Below, piece after piece: positions 41,701 to 55,870 of a stretch of DNA of 64,000 nucleotides (position 1 is the first letter of the stretch; the number at the start of each line of letters is the position of its first letter). The notes beneath the pieces are model-generated. The model was given only the letters and a program-made list of their open reading frames with translations, had not been told where the DNA came from and did no database searches. The position numbers and the translations under genes are program-made. Source of the DNA: Blasia pusilla (lineage: Eukaryota); contig CM114271.1 in NCBI GenBank assembly GCA_050084515.1, positions 744,001 through 808,000 of the forward strand, read 5' to 3'.

Positions 41701-42404
41701 CCTCAACAGGGGGTTTTCCAAACGGGATGTAAGGTTTCGGGGCTTGTCAAAAATTTTCCGGTGCTTGAAATGTGATACCCAGGAGACATAACTATTGTGC
41801 AAGAGGGTAATTCGGTTTCCTTTCGAAGAAAACCCCTTAGACTAGGACCCCCGTGCTCCCAAGGCTTCCAACAAAACCGTTAAAATTGGGCGACGGTAAT
41901 TCTCATCAGAAAAGGAGGTCAGTTCAGTTGCGACAAACTCCTGGCTGGAAGAAAATATACAATTCCTAATTCAGTGGCTACTGGACGCAACCACTTCTCA
42001 TTCAGTGAAGCTTTGCTCACACCTCACCTAGCGTTAGCAGCGAGAGACGCAGTATGGCTGGGGAAACTCAGCGAAGCACTGTCCAAATACCACTCCAGCG
42101 GGACAATTATGCAACGCAGCTACTAGAAAAACCTACAAGCCTAAGGTCGCGTAGCAAGCCTCCGAAGGCCCACAGTAGCACAGGTTACAACATACATCAA
42201 AGACCACCACGAGAAGCTGCACACGACTACCTCACTCCTCCAGAACCCCACGAGATCAGTTTCCGACGTACACGACGTTCACGAGCCTACCACAAAGCTT
42301 CTCTTAGTCGCCACAACCACATGAAAACCGATATCCAAAGACTGCAGCCAACGCTACGAACCCTGCTCCACACACCAAACACCCGAAACACATACCTGAA
42401 TCAT
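38730..42404 (-). CDS. RanBP2-type zinc-finger (x3) RNA-binding protein, At1g67325-like, ~305 aa
   Basis: Coding exons: 42404-42396, 41689-41663, 41447-41420, 41084-40969, 40706-40430, 40212-40142, 40037-39971, 39840-39725, 39366-39318, 39158-39004, and TGA at 38732-38730. Fingers: DWTCPQCGNVNFAFRTTCNMRKC, DWVCPKCGNTNFAFRTTCNMRKC, SWTCEACGNVNYPFRTKCNRRNC. Also PKRARTD (NLS-like) and a C-terminal DQ. Confidence 0.92.
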
Positions 42405-43593
42405 GTTCACAGCCCCTTCTTGAGGCTGGGCCGTTGTAGCTCGCAGCAACGCAGCGCTAAGCAATGCCGCAGGCCCAACGCGCTAAAACCCTAACAACCG
42501 GACTCGTGCTCGCACTTCACGCCCGCACTCGCTCGCGCACCACCAAAAGGAGCAGTTGCTTCTCTTCTCGCTCCTACCGAACGCGACGGCAGAAGAAAAA
42601 GACTCCGCCAACTACAACAACACCAACCACGACGACGACAAACAACAACAACGACCGCGATAACGATAATCACCACGAAGGAGAGCAAGAAGACGAGCTG
42701 TGGCGAACGGCGATGGCGGCGGAGGGACGCGGCACAAGCGCAAAACGCACGAGCATACAAACAGCGCGCGCTGCCGGAGTACAAGATGGCGAGCAGCAGG
42801 AGCAGGAGTAGGAGGAGGAGCGAGGGAAAGCGGACATCACATGAAAAAAGAGAGAGAGGGAGAGACACAGACAGACAGGGCGAGGAGCGACGCGATGGAG
42901 GTAAAGCAGAGGTTTGATCGCGGACGCCTCGCAACAACCGAAGGGTGACAATCGCTTGGGAACACGGACGGGCGAACGACTACGGGGGAGGAGGGGACCG
43001 CTGAGGACAAACAAAAAGACGTTACTCTGCACGCGACGGACGGGCTTCCGTCGCCCGTTCACGGACGGACCTCTAGTTCACCGGACGGATTGGGGGCTTC
43101 CGTCTCAGCTATTCCAACGCTCCGTCACACGGACAGCTTTCCGTCTCCCGCTCGCGGACGGATTCCTTGCTCCCCTGTCGCGCTACTGTGATAGGGCGTC
43201 TCATTTAAAGGACGTAATTCTTGTGCGGAATCCCTCCATTTATGTTAGAAGAAGTTACATATTGCTAGACTACTAAAGTACCCCGAAATGGGTGAAGAGA
43301 TTAGTATGTGTGAAGAGGAAAGATTTAATTCAATTATTTTCCCGTTGTCCGTAGCATGTGAAATAAAAATTTTTTCAATTATCATCGGTTAAGTAGAGAG
43401 TTGTTTGCAAATGTAGAAGGCACTCTCCCATAACAAAATAGCTTCCATGGTGTCTAGTCCATATGAGTTAAATAAACTAACAATAATTTTATTTTTTCTT
43501 CCACATGGGTGGGACGTATTTTCCTGGGTTGCCATTGTCTAAAACTACACACATCATTAGAAGAAAAAAAAAGCGGGAATAAAAACTACCATG

Positions 43594-45950
43594 TTAATGT
43601 TGTCCAAAAACCTGAAAGTCGGCGGGATTTTCTTCTCCCGGAATTCGCGGTTGTGAAAGGGTCTTAACTCTAGACAGCATAGCATACATAAGCCCAAGGG
43701 AAAATGTAGATTTAACAACTAAAATGCACTTGCCATGTATTATAAGTCCTTGGATTTTATGCCTAGTCATTGCACAATCAAGGCTCAATAAAATGGATCC
43801 AAAATGATCCACTTTTGCTATGACTTCACCAGTGTGCATACTACTCCACATATTTTTCAAAGCATGCTTTTTTAATATTTCTCCTATATCCTCCAAGCTG
43901 ATAATCAGCCTCTTACACACACACACACTCATGAACATACGTCCACATGGGTGAGCGTGATGACATTGTCTCAGATTCTATCATACAAATTATGTGGCGT
44001 GATAGCACATTGTAAAAAAACTTATTATATTGATGTAGGGAATGGTATTCAATATATTGCACAACTCTATCTATGGTGAATATATTCCAAATTTCCCAAG
44101 GAATCGGCATCAAAAAAGTTGACTCCTACTTCTGGGGTGTGACTTCACCAGTTCATGTTTTTCAAAGTATTTGGAACATGTTGAATCAAACCTGCAAGCC
44201 AGATGGTGGAAGTACAACATAGTGGGATGTATGAATAGCACAGAGGACTTGCGATATAGGCTTGTGTACATGTGCGGAGGACTTGAGTCCACATAGGCGA
44301 GAGATTGGGAACAGTATATAATTGGGATATGTAAGGCTATTATTCTTGCCTCTATAGATCGAGGACATTATCTTATTTAACACTGTACCTGATATCATAC
44401 CCAAACAAACGTCATCAAATTCCTCGAGGCCGAGGGCCTTTGATGATTTTGTATCAATATTTAGTGCCCTTGTAGGCTGTGATTTCAGTTCATACTTTAT
44501 AAGGTAAAGGGACTAATCGATGTTTGTTACGTGTTGTATGTTCATGTGCGTTCCCCAAAATAAAAGTACAACTAGGTGGTATGGAACAACATTTCTATGA
44601 TCTATCTCAGGCTTATAATACTTCCATCACATAGTCATGGGATCAATAGATGGACGCATGTCCATGTTTATATCAGTAGGGAATGTCAACTTACAGTGTG
44701 GGGTCTGGGACCTAGTTCACTTTATCATACAGACTCCTTGTTTACATGTGTGAATTTTTCTTCACAACATAGGTATGCAAAAAAGTGTCAATAAAGGATG
44801 TTGTAACGTCTAGAGTAGGACGTAGGTTGTGGCATATGGCAACAGATCTTAGATGTAATCAAATCAATGTCTTCATATTTTATCCATAAAATCATGTGGC
44901 AATGTAAACTTCCCCTTCCCCATAGTTCATATCGATAATTAACTATATGCCCAGGTATCTTAGAACCCCTAAGTATGTGGTAATGAAGGCATGCTCGTAA
45001 CCGAACAAGGAACAACATGCCACGCTCGATTGGGCCGTCCCTCCAAGTAACGTTGGGATTCATTTTGCGTAACACTTGCTCAATGTCATCTCTTTCGACC
45101 CACCTAGTGTCAGACAGTTTTTTAGACATAAGCATAACAAAGAAGTGCAGCACTCCCCATTTCCTTACCATGGCCCTAAGATTGTGCAAGTGGCGACGAT
45201 GCCATGTTGGGCTCCCTTTATAAGTAACATAGTGCTTACATAATCTACCATACAATTCCCCATTAGATATATCTAGATTGTCCCTCCTCAAATTCTCCAA
45301 ATCCTGGTTTAGTATGCAAACCCTTGTTGATGAGGCAAGTGCAATAGATTTCCTTAATTGATGCATCAATAGTGGATATGGCTTATGGAGGATAAATGTA
45401 GTAAATAATTGTCTTGTGCGATGGTGCATGTATTCACCAAGAGATCCACTTCCAAAGTAATGACCACGTAAGTATGGGAATTAATAAGAATGGAAAGATC
45501 CCATTTCAATGATAAGGCGGCTATCTGATAAAACACCACAGCTATTACTAAGAAAGTTATGACGTAAGTGGCTATTTTGCCTCATATACAGTCACCCACT
45601 TTTGAATATGTCTGATGACATTCTCTGCTTCATAGGAAGAGTATATTGCACATCCTAGAGTATGTTAAGTTTGAAACTGTACGGATGAAAGCTCATACTA
45701 TCGATCATACTACCCTTTTTTGTGATGCTTAAATGATTCTCTGAACAGACTCAAGGGATCAAATGACTAATCTTGTGTTCGGACTTGGAAGTTCAATTAG
45801 GGGTGGGTAGTCCCTATAGATTGGATTTACCTTTAAATTTACAGCTATAACTTTTCTAAATAGGGTGCAAAGAAATTCCTTATTATTTTCATTGCCCTCC
45901 TCGCCACCCCAAGAGATCAATGGATTGTCCAATAGAGATGTCACACGAAA
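43594..45950 (-). mobile_element. Decayed Helitron Rep/helicase (HUH endonuclease plus PIF1-type helicase)
   Basis: Rep motifs GSPTW..NLRAMVRKWGVLHFFVML and YELWGRGSLHCHMILW in 44788-45429. Helicase motifs AMTRHKIQG and FSLGLMYAMLSRVK in 43594-43938. The reading frame is fragmented. Confidence 0.85.
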
Positions 45951-48900
45951 AATCCTGTATGAAATCCGTTTTATTTTGTGTGTATACCTATTATTGAATC
46001 AATAATGAAATTTTTTTTGTAAATATTGAAGGAATGATTTCAAGAATGATGTGGTATATAATAGTGTCATATACACAAGAATGCATATGTACTACACTTA
46101 TGGATCCTCCTAAGCAATACGAATTAATTGTTGAATTAAGTAAGTAGTACTTTATATTCCCCCAAAGTTGGAAGAGATGATAGGGTCCTTATTTAGAAGT
46201 CATACTTATGCTCAAATTAACACAAGTAGGGGTTGGAGTGTTATCTATCCAATGTTATTTCTAAAATTTATTACATACCATTGGTTGTCTGGTTGGGAAG
46301 ATGCTAAGTTGCACATGCAATGTCCGCCAGTCTAATCTCTTGGGTGGGACAGAGGAAGTTCCTTGATTGCTATCACACCAATATTGCCAATGCAAGGATT
46401 AACTCAATGGCTTAAGGTTGTTCAATTTATGCATTGCTACCTGTTTATGGTTCTATAAATGATAAGTCAAACAATTGTTATCAAGCATTCTAAGCTCCTC
46501 TGTGGCTACAAGAAAGCGTACCAATTTGCTACTACAAGAGTACTGCCATCCAAGGGATTGTCTCAATGGCTACAGCTTATAAACATAAGTTTCCACTAGC
46601 GTCTCTATGGATTCCAAAAAGATGTATAGCTTTTCGATTTCTCGATGACATCACAACTAACTCACACTTTGTATTTTTTTGGGAATGGTAAGAGTTGTGG
46701 GTGGGACATTAGCAGCAAATTGACAAACTCTCCTACAACCATTCAGAAGGTTGATTATGGGAGGCACAAAGGTGTAACCAAATATGGGAGGCACATATGG
46801 TGCCAAGGGTAGGAACATATTGCCCAATATACGTTCATTTCCCTCCCTTCCACCAGTTTTCAAAGCACCATATATGCAAATCTATGTCCCAATTTACACC
46901 CCCGAGCTGTTAATCACCACACCGCTTAGATAGAAGTACCGTAATGATGCAAAACATCCACGTGTAGATGAAGCAGTATCCAAATCAAGGGCAAACAAAT
47001 CTCATTTCTTAGCAATTTGAGGCACATCAAGGTATACAACATATAACTCTCCTCACCATCTGCCACTAACTCCTTTCACCTCTCCGACTTGGACGAAATG
47101 CAAAAGCAGAATTCTTGGGAAATTCCAATGACTGGAGTATTATTAGCATCCACAGATCACTTTAAATTAGTATTACTTTGACATGAAGTATTAAACGTAG
47201 TCAAGAGATGACCCGGAGGTAGACTGTAAACGTTAAATTAAATCTTATTGTCCCTAAAATCCTAAAGATGAAAAGTTAATTGAAAAACTTAGAAACTTTC
47301 CCTGAATGTTATGATTTTTATGGACTGAAAGCCTCATTTTGGCGGTTCAAAACACTTATAATTTCTCGGAAGCTTCATTGATAGGAAAGATTGGAAAGCC
47401 TCACCCTCATGTAGCTTGGTTTCCCTCATCGGTCCGTCCCTGACTCCCCTCTAGCACTTCGTGAATGGAACAATTTTACAATTGTAGAATTTATCATGGG
47501 GCTCGGTTAACCTGAAAGTTTGTTTTGCCCATCGCCGCACGTCTCGTAGTGACCCACCAACATCTCACTAAATTTTGACAGTCCTCATGTATGATTATAT
47601 GACAGTGTTCCCTTGTAGAACACTGAAACAACTTGAGGCCCGGTGGTTTCAAGCCTGGCGTACCGGAAATAAATCCTTGCCAGATGACTCCTCTAGCTTT
47701 TGCTTCCCTGTTGACAGTCTTATATTCCAGTCAAGACCTCAACATCTAGAAACCTTTCAATCGAATCACTCATTCACGAGAGCAAATCTTCCAACTTGAG
47801 CTTTAGAGCTACTTTCATAGAGATTGCAAGGCTCCTTGCGTTGTACTTGCATTACATGTTGTATCTCTTCTTTATATTTATTTCAGGAGTTTTGGCGCGA
47901 AGCAAGTGAGATCTATGAGAGAGAGGGTGTTCAATTTCCTTGTTGTAGCTTGCAGGTCTCTTGACCGAAAGCTTTGGCAAAATGCTTGCATCACCAAAAG
48001 CTCCAAAAGTAGGATGGGAACACAACTAATCTCTAATCCTGAACCTTGAGATGGTGTGAGATTTGAACTGAGAGTGGCCAACATTTCAAGAAGCAGGAAA
48101 AGAAGGTAGACACTCTAAATGAACAGTGCCATCCTCCGAACTCCTACTAGAATTCACAACACTTGAATTGCTTAACACATTTTATAGCCTAGTTTCATTG
48201 CCCAAAGTTGCTCCAATGGTAAGTAATGTACTCTCACTCACCCACTCCCTCACTTTCTCTACCCCCCTCAAGCTACTACCTAATGAGTACAGACTCTAGT
48301 CCATGAGCTCTACATGTGGTGTCATGCCAACATCCACAACACACACACACATATAGCATATGTTGATATTGCTAAGCTGGTAGCACCAGAATTGGAGACC
48401 ATATGCAATCAATAGCAAGGCCTCATTGCCCAAAGCTCATGATTATATTTTCTTGTTTCACTCCATAACCCAAGCAATGGGCAAACGATCACAACTGAAT
48501 AGCATGGAGGAAGCGATGAAAATGTCTGACTCTCTCTTTTGACGGTATATCCTGAGAAGGCAGAATTGAATAATTATTTGCGGGGAACCCCTTGCTTGGG
48601 AATTTGGCTGAAGTTGAAGTTCAGGCCTGGGGCAATTGAGGAAGGGAATTGTTGAACCTTTCCTACCTACATTGAGGCTTGGCCACGTAGGTATGATCTG
48701 AAATTCTGTCTTACTTGTAGTGCATTGTTGGATTGAGTGATTGATTAATTTGCATTGGTGGGAATCTCTTTGCATGGCTTGCACAGGAAGGATTTGTAAA
48801 TTGTTGGAATAGTGTTCATTTTTGGTGTACATTGGAAGGAGGCAAGAGGTAGCGGCTTGAAGTGGACCTATAACTCGACTAAGTTAATGAAAAGAAAAGC

Positions 48901-49274
48901 CAAGGTATTTTTCAGAGGACCACTACTTTACCCTGAAGGATGAATCGAGATGACCAACCACCACTTGATGTACAAATTGAACTTCATGGCAGCCTACGAC
49001 TACATCAAAGACAACCTTCCTTGGTTCAACGCATCCAAAGTCTACCTACTGAAATTCAAGTGATGATTTAATCTTTACACTCACGTCACTATTGGTATTG
49101 GACCTAACATGAACGAATTGAGAATTGGCGCTTTCATTCAAAAGCACGCCATCTATATGTGACGGTCTCTGATTTCGTGTCTAGGCAAGAGGATCGATAC
49201 TGCATCCTTCTTTGGTTGATGATGGGTGTTGCAGAGATCATGACCCTTCATATCTGTCGTGATTCTGATGGCAT

Positions 49275-50887
49275 TTGTTTCCTCCAAAGACTCATCCGGG
49301 GATCTTGGGTTTTCTGATTCATGTGGGCGATGAGGTTCAACTCCTAAAGGCCAAGCTCAGTAGGAAAAATTTGGGCACTGGTGTTGTAACTGGTTTGAGT
49401 GGACAACACAAATTTCATGGGAGTGATATCCCCTCGGGGGTGGTACGGGTGGATCTGAAGATTGTCCGTCTTGCATTCTTGGATCGTAAGTTATGGCAGC
49501 CAAATGAGGTTGATATGCCACCCCAATACACTCTGGGTGATGCTCTTGGAGGTTTAGTACTTTGGCGTGAAGTAAATTTGAAGAAATCATAGGCTAATAT
49601 TAGACGTTCATGCCTACATGTAGACAATACTTACTTACAGTAGTGCATGTTTTGTTGACTCGTTCTCTATGAAATCTCAAACTCTCCACATAAATCACTG
49701 TTGATTACTTGTAGTAATCTTTATGACCACTTTCTTTGTTGCTGAATTTACTTTTCTTCAATATGAGAGTACAGAATTTTATTATAGTTCCTGCATTGGA
49801 CAATTAGTTGTTTCCAATCACATATTTGTTTTTACACCGCATTCTCAATTGATGAATGGAGTGTCTAAACTAAAATCTCCACCTTTCCTTTGATTTGGTT
49901 ATTTTATCGATGCCTTGTGAGAATCAATGCATGAATGGATAGGCTACATTCTGCAAAGAGAACCTTAGCCTTCGATCATGAGACCTACTTGTGATTCCCA
50001 TATCTCCAAGTCATTTAAATATCATATGAATCATACTAGTCATAAGTCATTCAGTCATATAATGTAGCCAAAATCTAGTCATATCACACCATATGTAGTC
50101 ATTTAAACTAATGATGTCAAACATGTACCAAGTCATACTAAAACAATATGCAATCATTTAAACTATTGATCCAAACATGTACCAAATCATACTAAAATCA
50201 TATATAGTCATTTAAAAGTCAGATATGTAGGTACCTAGTCATATTCATCTATCATGCACTCATATTAATGAATCATGGAGTCATTCAGACCTATTATGCA
50301 AAATATCAGTCATATAGAAGTTAGATTCTAGTCATGAGAAACAATGTATTAAAAAAAAGATGGAGCCATTTAAAACAATCACATATTTAAGTTCCTAGTC
50401 ATATTCACAAAGCATGGAATCATACAAAGTAGTCAGACTTGAGTCATACACAAAGATCGTGTCATTTATTGAGTCGTATATAACCATTTAAAGTCATTTA
50501 GACGAAACAAAATGATCAATATGACTTAGTCATATTTGAAAGCTTAGTCATAGAATTCAATGTGAAGTCATTTTTATGAAATTCTCCGAACAATATGACT
50601 ACATTTCACTCATACAATGTGACATGTGTCATGATTTAAGTAGTCGTACTTGACGACTTGCCACGTCCTATGTTGAGATGGCCATCATATTATATGACTT
50701 TAGTGATGTGTCAGTCATTTAAATGAATGACTAGGTCTCTCATCCTAAAATGACTTGAGTCATGGTATGGTAGATGACTAGGCTTTTATGACTCCATGAG
50801 TCATCAGTCATTTCCTGTCATTTTAAGGCATATATGACTTGAGGGAGTCATATGAGCCAATCATAAAACTATGGAATTGTTCTAGTG
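49275..50887 (+). mobile_element. 3' part of a CACTA (En/Spm) DNA transposon: TnpA-like C-terminal exon, subterminal repeats and terminal TAGTG
   Basis: ORF 49275-49592 (VGDEVQL..GTGVV..FHGSDIP..VRVDL..LWQP..TLGDALGGLVLW) resembles the Tnp1/En/Spm-type C-terminal domain. Dense AGTCAT/ATGACT repeats run 50030-50865 and end in TAGTG at 50883-50887. No matching 5' terminus was found; the element probably extends left to ~47.5 kb. Confidence 0.8.
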
Positions 50888-52700
50888 AACGATGGCCGCC
50901 CCCAACAACGTGCTTCACACATGCTCCTCATGAGCATCAACAATAGGAGTCGTCGTACTTGCTTCTCCCATCGCCCTCCGTGCCTGCACACCGACAACAT
51001 CACCAACTCTCCAGGAACTTTGATCAGGACCCATCGATGGTGTCCTCATTGCCTCGGACAACGTGAAAGACTGAGGAAGCCTAGTATGTTTCCTAGGTTC
51101 CCCTCATTGTGGATCCAACTCTGCGGTTGCACCATACATCACAACTACGGTTGCCTCCATCTGGGCAACCCCGCACATCCAACCAGGATTCTCCAGATTT
51201 ATGGCTGCTCCATATGATGTCGATGCCACGGATCCGGCATCGGGTAACCTCAATGCCATAACGGCAATCTCCTCCTGTAGCTGTTGTATTTGAGCAGCCA
51301 TCCCAGGCTCACGTCCGGCGTCTCCCTCGGCGCATCTAGGTGGTGGTACTCCACCTCCTCCACGGGCAGCTCCACCACCGTGTCGGGCAAGTCCAGCTCC
51401 TCGTCCTCCAACGGGACCACTTGGTGCACGATCTCTAGGCCCACTCGGACCGGATACTCGCTCTGGTGCCCTCTCTGGCCCTCGGTTTGGACGTAACTCA
51501 GGACATAAACTGAAACACCTGGCGCGTGTATGACCATACCTGTGACAATAGGCACACTGATAACCTCCTGGTGCAACACCATCTCCTCCTCCATGCAGAG
51601 GCACACGTCCATGACCGTGACGAGTGCAATCGCGTTGATGATGGGCTCCACGACATGACCAACAAGTAATAGTAGGCGGCTGCTGCTGAGCCGCATATGA
51701 AGGTGCAGGTCTCTATGGCACGGCCCCCCGATATCCTCCCTCAGCTTGTGGTGCCACAGTTGACCTATCTCGAGTCACGTTCGCAGGTAGTGCGCAGCAA
51801 TCGTGGATCGCTCTCGCCTTGAGAACCCATGGTGGCTACGCTCTCCTACGCCATGTTGCGCTCAATGTTCTCAACGGTCCTAAAAACATCTCTCAACGTA
51901 GGGGGGGTGTTCATATGAAGCACCCCCTCCCGCACCCGTGTCCTAGGGTCCGATCCAGCATCGTGTACCATGACTGGATAGCCCGAGCCTCTGTCAACCC
52001 CTGAGTGACGTTGATCAACCGGGCGCAAGTGAGTGTAAGCCTCATGCAAACTCTCACCCGGGCGCCTCTGGACATCATGGATGCTCTGCAACTTCTCCGT
52101 TCGTACCCCCTGGTAGCTCGCCCTCAACTCAGCAAAGAACTCAACCACGGGGTTGAACTTGGGACGAACACGACTAGACGGTGCAATTGCTCCCGTGCGA
52201 GTGACCCCTCCTAAAATGTCACTAGTGGAAGAGGAAGTAGCCTCTCCTAACTCCTCCTCCTCATTTGGGAACGGCTCCGTCCATGACACATAATGTGGGT
52301 TATAGTAGTGCCTCTATGCCTCGATCTCATGTGCATATCTGAGAGAACTCATGGTAATCATCAATGGGCGCACCCTCTAAATGCTGGAACATACCGTTCC
52401 ATGCTATAAACGGGTTGAACTCTCTAGAGTTCCTGGCCCGTTGGGAGTCGCACCAACTCCTAAACTCTGCTATGAAATCGTGCCTACTGCACCTGAAAAC
52501 CTACGCGGTCCTCTACCCCGATCGTCCATCTCGTACGCCCAAGTGGTAGGACCACTCACAATGTGTGGCGATGTGCTCACAAACTCCTCTACACGCTCCC
52601 CTCATCTGAAGACGACACAAAAGGAGATCGAGGTGGTCTCTCATGTGGAGACCCTCGAAACCTCACACCACTCCGGGTAAACCCTCTAGAGCTACTCTCA
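50888..52700 (-). pseudogene. Retrotransposon gag relic with a CCHC zinc knuckle
   Basis: FFAELRASYQG..QRRPGESLHEAYTHL (gag-like, 51846-52289) and CAYCHRYGHTRARC (51104-51604). The frames are broken and the relic abuts the CACTA end. Confidence 0.8.
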
Positions 52701-54399
52701 AGTCCACTACCGTGCCTCTCAAAATCGTGAAAGGAGGCCATGATGGCCCTCGTGCCCCTCTCACATAATCACTCTCAACCTCGCGAGTAATCCCTCAATC
52801 ACTCATCCCAAACATGCGGCACTCGATCTATACTCTCCCTCCCCGAGACGTGTAACGTGCGGCAGCAAGCGGCGTGGTGCGGAAAATTGACTAGGCTATC
52901 ATCTTCTCGACAACCTACCCTCAACTCTGGATATCCCACACAGGTCTATGTCCCTTAAACCACATACATAAATGATGCTCTCAGCATCCACACAACCCAA
53001 TATCCCCAAATAAACTACCCAAATCCGAGAATCCCTCACGCATCCAGGGTAAAGGACCAGAATGGATAACCTGAACACATGTCGATGTCGCTCCTCAACA
53101 ACTGCAAATCTCGATCCCAACTTGGTCGTGGAGACAACTCCTCCAATCAGCAAGTCATACTCCTCCCGTACTGACGGTGCTCAAAACTCCTCGATGGACA
53201 GTGCGGTTCCAATGAAACGGTGCGGCATTGTAGGCGGTACAAAATGGCTACGAATGGCACGGCCCTCGATGGTGGGATGCGGCACTTGGCGGCATACCCT
53301 CCTCAATCATAAATAAACCCACACTCTGCTCCACAATGACGATGCGGCTCCGCGATCGAGACCGTACGTTGCGGCCACAAGGGGCACAGCGCGGCAATCG
53401 GCGGCGCGTTGCGGCTACGGGCATCACGGCACGGTACTCGATCGTCGTCAAGCGGCTACCAATAACAACATAGTAGCATGAAATCAAAACTCAAACACCA
53501 AAACCGGAGGTCATTTGCCATGACTGGTTGACGATGAAACTTCGATGACGGTGGCGGGCAAAAAAAACAAACGTTTGTTAATGCAGAGAATCAATGAACA
53601 TCGTGGAAGACCCTCCACTCCGTAATTGTGGCAATGGCAACCAAAGGCTGGAAAACAGCCGAATGCGGCTCTGAGCAACGCTGGGCAACGGCAACGGCCG
53701 ATGGTGGCCAGTGGACCGTGGACCGTTGCACGTTGATGATCACGGTTGACCATTGATGGTGACGATGGACCGTTGATGGTGATGGTTGACCATCAACGAT
53801 GACAATTGACCGATGATTTTGTCTATGATGGCGACGGCCGCCGCCGGCGTGGCGGCTGGTTTAGGGTTTGAACAATTTAACCCTAAAAATTGCCTAACAA
53901 TGGCAGTTTTGCAAGATTGACCATAACTTTTTACTCGCAACTCCAAATTACGCATTATTTTTGCACAACGTGCACAACTTCATGATCTACAACAATGTCA
54001 AAAAATATTTGGAATTGGACATTCAAGTAAAAACTGACAGGGATTGTCGTAAAGCCCAATGTCTCTTTCTCCTACACAAAATTTGGTAGCGCTTCCGCGC
54101 TGATTTCTCCCAACCAAAATGTAAAACCTGTAAAAATACATATATGCAAGCTGCATGATGCTCCCAAGAGCACCAACATGGGGCAACCCGCATCCATAAT
54201 CAATCCCTATCAGAAATTGGGCAACGCTTCCGTGCGCCACTCTTCCACACAAAAAATCGGCAAATGCAAAGATCAATCAAAGCAACCCTTGCTCCGGTGA
54301 GCACTCCCATGAACCGCTGAACGGGAACACGGTCCCCAACCTGCAAAAACATCGAGTGACCAGCGAGCTCCCCCATGAAGCTTTCTCACTCTCTCATTC

Positions 54400-55870
54400 T
54401 CTCTTTGTAAAGTAAGATCCAATCTCTCTCACAACACCATAGTTCTCACATGTGTACACTCTCACATGTCTCTCTCAATGTCAAACTAAACCCACTCTCC
54501 TAATGAGAGACTTGGGTTACATACACAAGGCAAGCAAGACCATAGCTCCGCCGCCTCATGCCAAAAGTTCAACAAAGAGAGAATGAGCTCTCAAGCTCTC
54601 TCTCCTTGAGGTATACCCCTCCCCTCTCCCAAGCTCTTTCCATGGTAACCTATTCTCCCAAGTCACCTCCTTGGCTCTTGACCTGATGTAGGAGGTCAAG
54701 GGCCACTTACCAACAATAGAAAGTTGATCATATACTCAAAATGGTACTTACTTAAAATAGTAAGTTTCTCAATATGGTTCCAAATGAGCCGAAACCAAGG
54801 GAAAACCTGCTCTCTCAGGTTTCCTAAGGCCTTAGCATGTCATCCTCAACCTTCTGAGTCTGTCTTCCACTACTCACGAAGGCGCTCTACTAGATCTCAC
54901 CAATCTATCCTAAAAGATGTGACACTATACATATGAGACTCTCAAACTCGCGAAGAATAGATCATGGCCAAATTACTCCCTCAAGAGGTATAATCCACTC
55001 TCATTGGAAGAGCAAGTAAGCTCAATGCCATCCATTCAAGAGTGACAAGAGGAACTCGAGAACTAAAGTTCAAGGTGAAGAACCCTTGAAAGTCCCTCCT
55101 CTTTATATACTCATAAGGGATCCATAAGAGTACAAAATAAGGCCAATCTTATCTTGTGTCGTATGACTTCCTCTCAAGGCTTAGATAATCCCATTTTTTA
55201 CATAAGTAGATTACTTTTTTCCTCCTAAAATATCCTCATATATCTATTTCATATCCTCCCAACTATCCTAACTATTATAGTCTTGACTTCTTCACTAACC
55301 AAAAATACTTTAGTTTTATTTTTGATAGTACATCGAACCACAATTTTTCTTTTATTACCTCTTTTCCTAGAGTTGGGCCCGCATAAATGAGGCACCATTA
55401 AGAGATTTAAACATTAAATTCTATTTTTCTAAGTTAATTATTTAATACTTATAAAAATTCTCTCTAACATTGATAAGCGTGAAATATACATGTTTGATTA
55501 TTTTACTACACGACGATGTTCTGTACAATAAAGTATCTAATTAAATAAAATATCCTTAACCATAAATGGTTATCTAGCTTTGCAATCAAGCATCAATAGG
55601 ACGTGGCGAGATATAAGCACCACCATATGAGACACTATTTAAAATCAAAGATGTAAGTGATGTCCAAATGTCCCTTATGTCCTTCATCTTGCATAAAAGT
55701 GGGCCTTTCCATAAAAATGGGGTGTATGGATCTTAAAGCCAAGGGATTAGGGGATATCACCACCCGTATGTCACGCTCTCTCATACCCCCAATTAGAGCG
55801 TCTTAAAAATGGACCCTAGGATCTTACGTCCTAATCTATAATTTGCTATACAGTCAAAATAGGGGGTATC
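54400..55870 (-). mobile_element. LTR of a minus-strand retrotransposon, boundaries approximate
   Basis: 54414-54922 is repeated at 59714-60224. Minus-strand TATATAAAG at ~55100-55110. The ggggtatca end at ~55870 is followed by a pyrimidine tract and a weak chromodomain-like relic at 56070-56150. Confidence 0.55.

Noticed and set aside
42054-43276. Several 115-148 aa ORFs on both strands
   Set aside because: They fall in the GC-rich, microsatellite-containing promoter, 5' UTR and intron 1 of the zinc-finger gene; low complexity and no domains.
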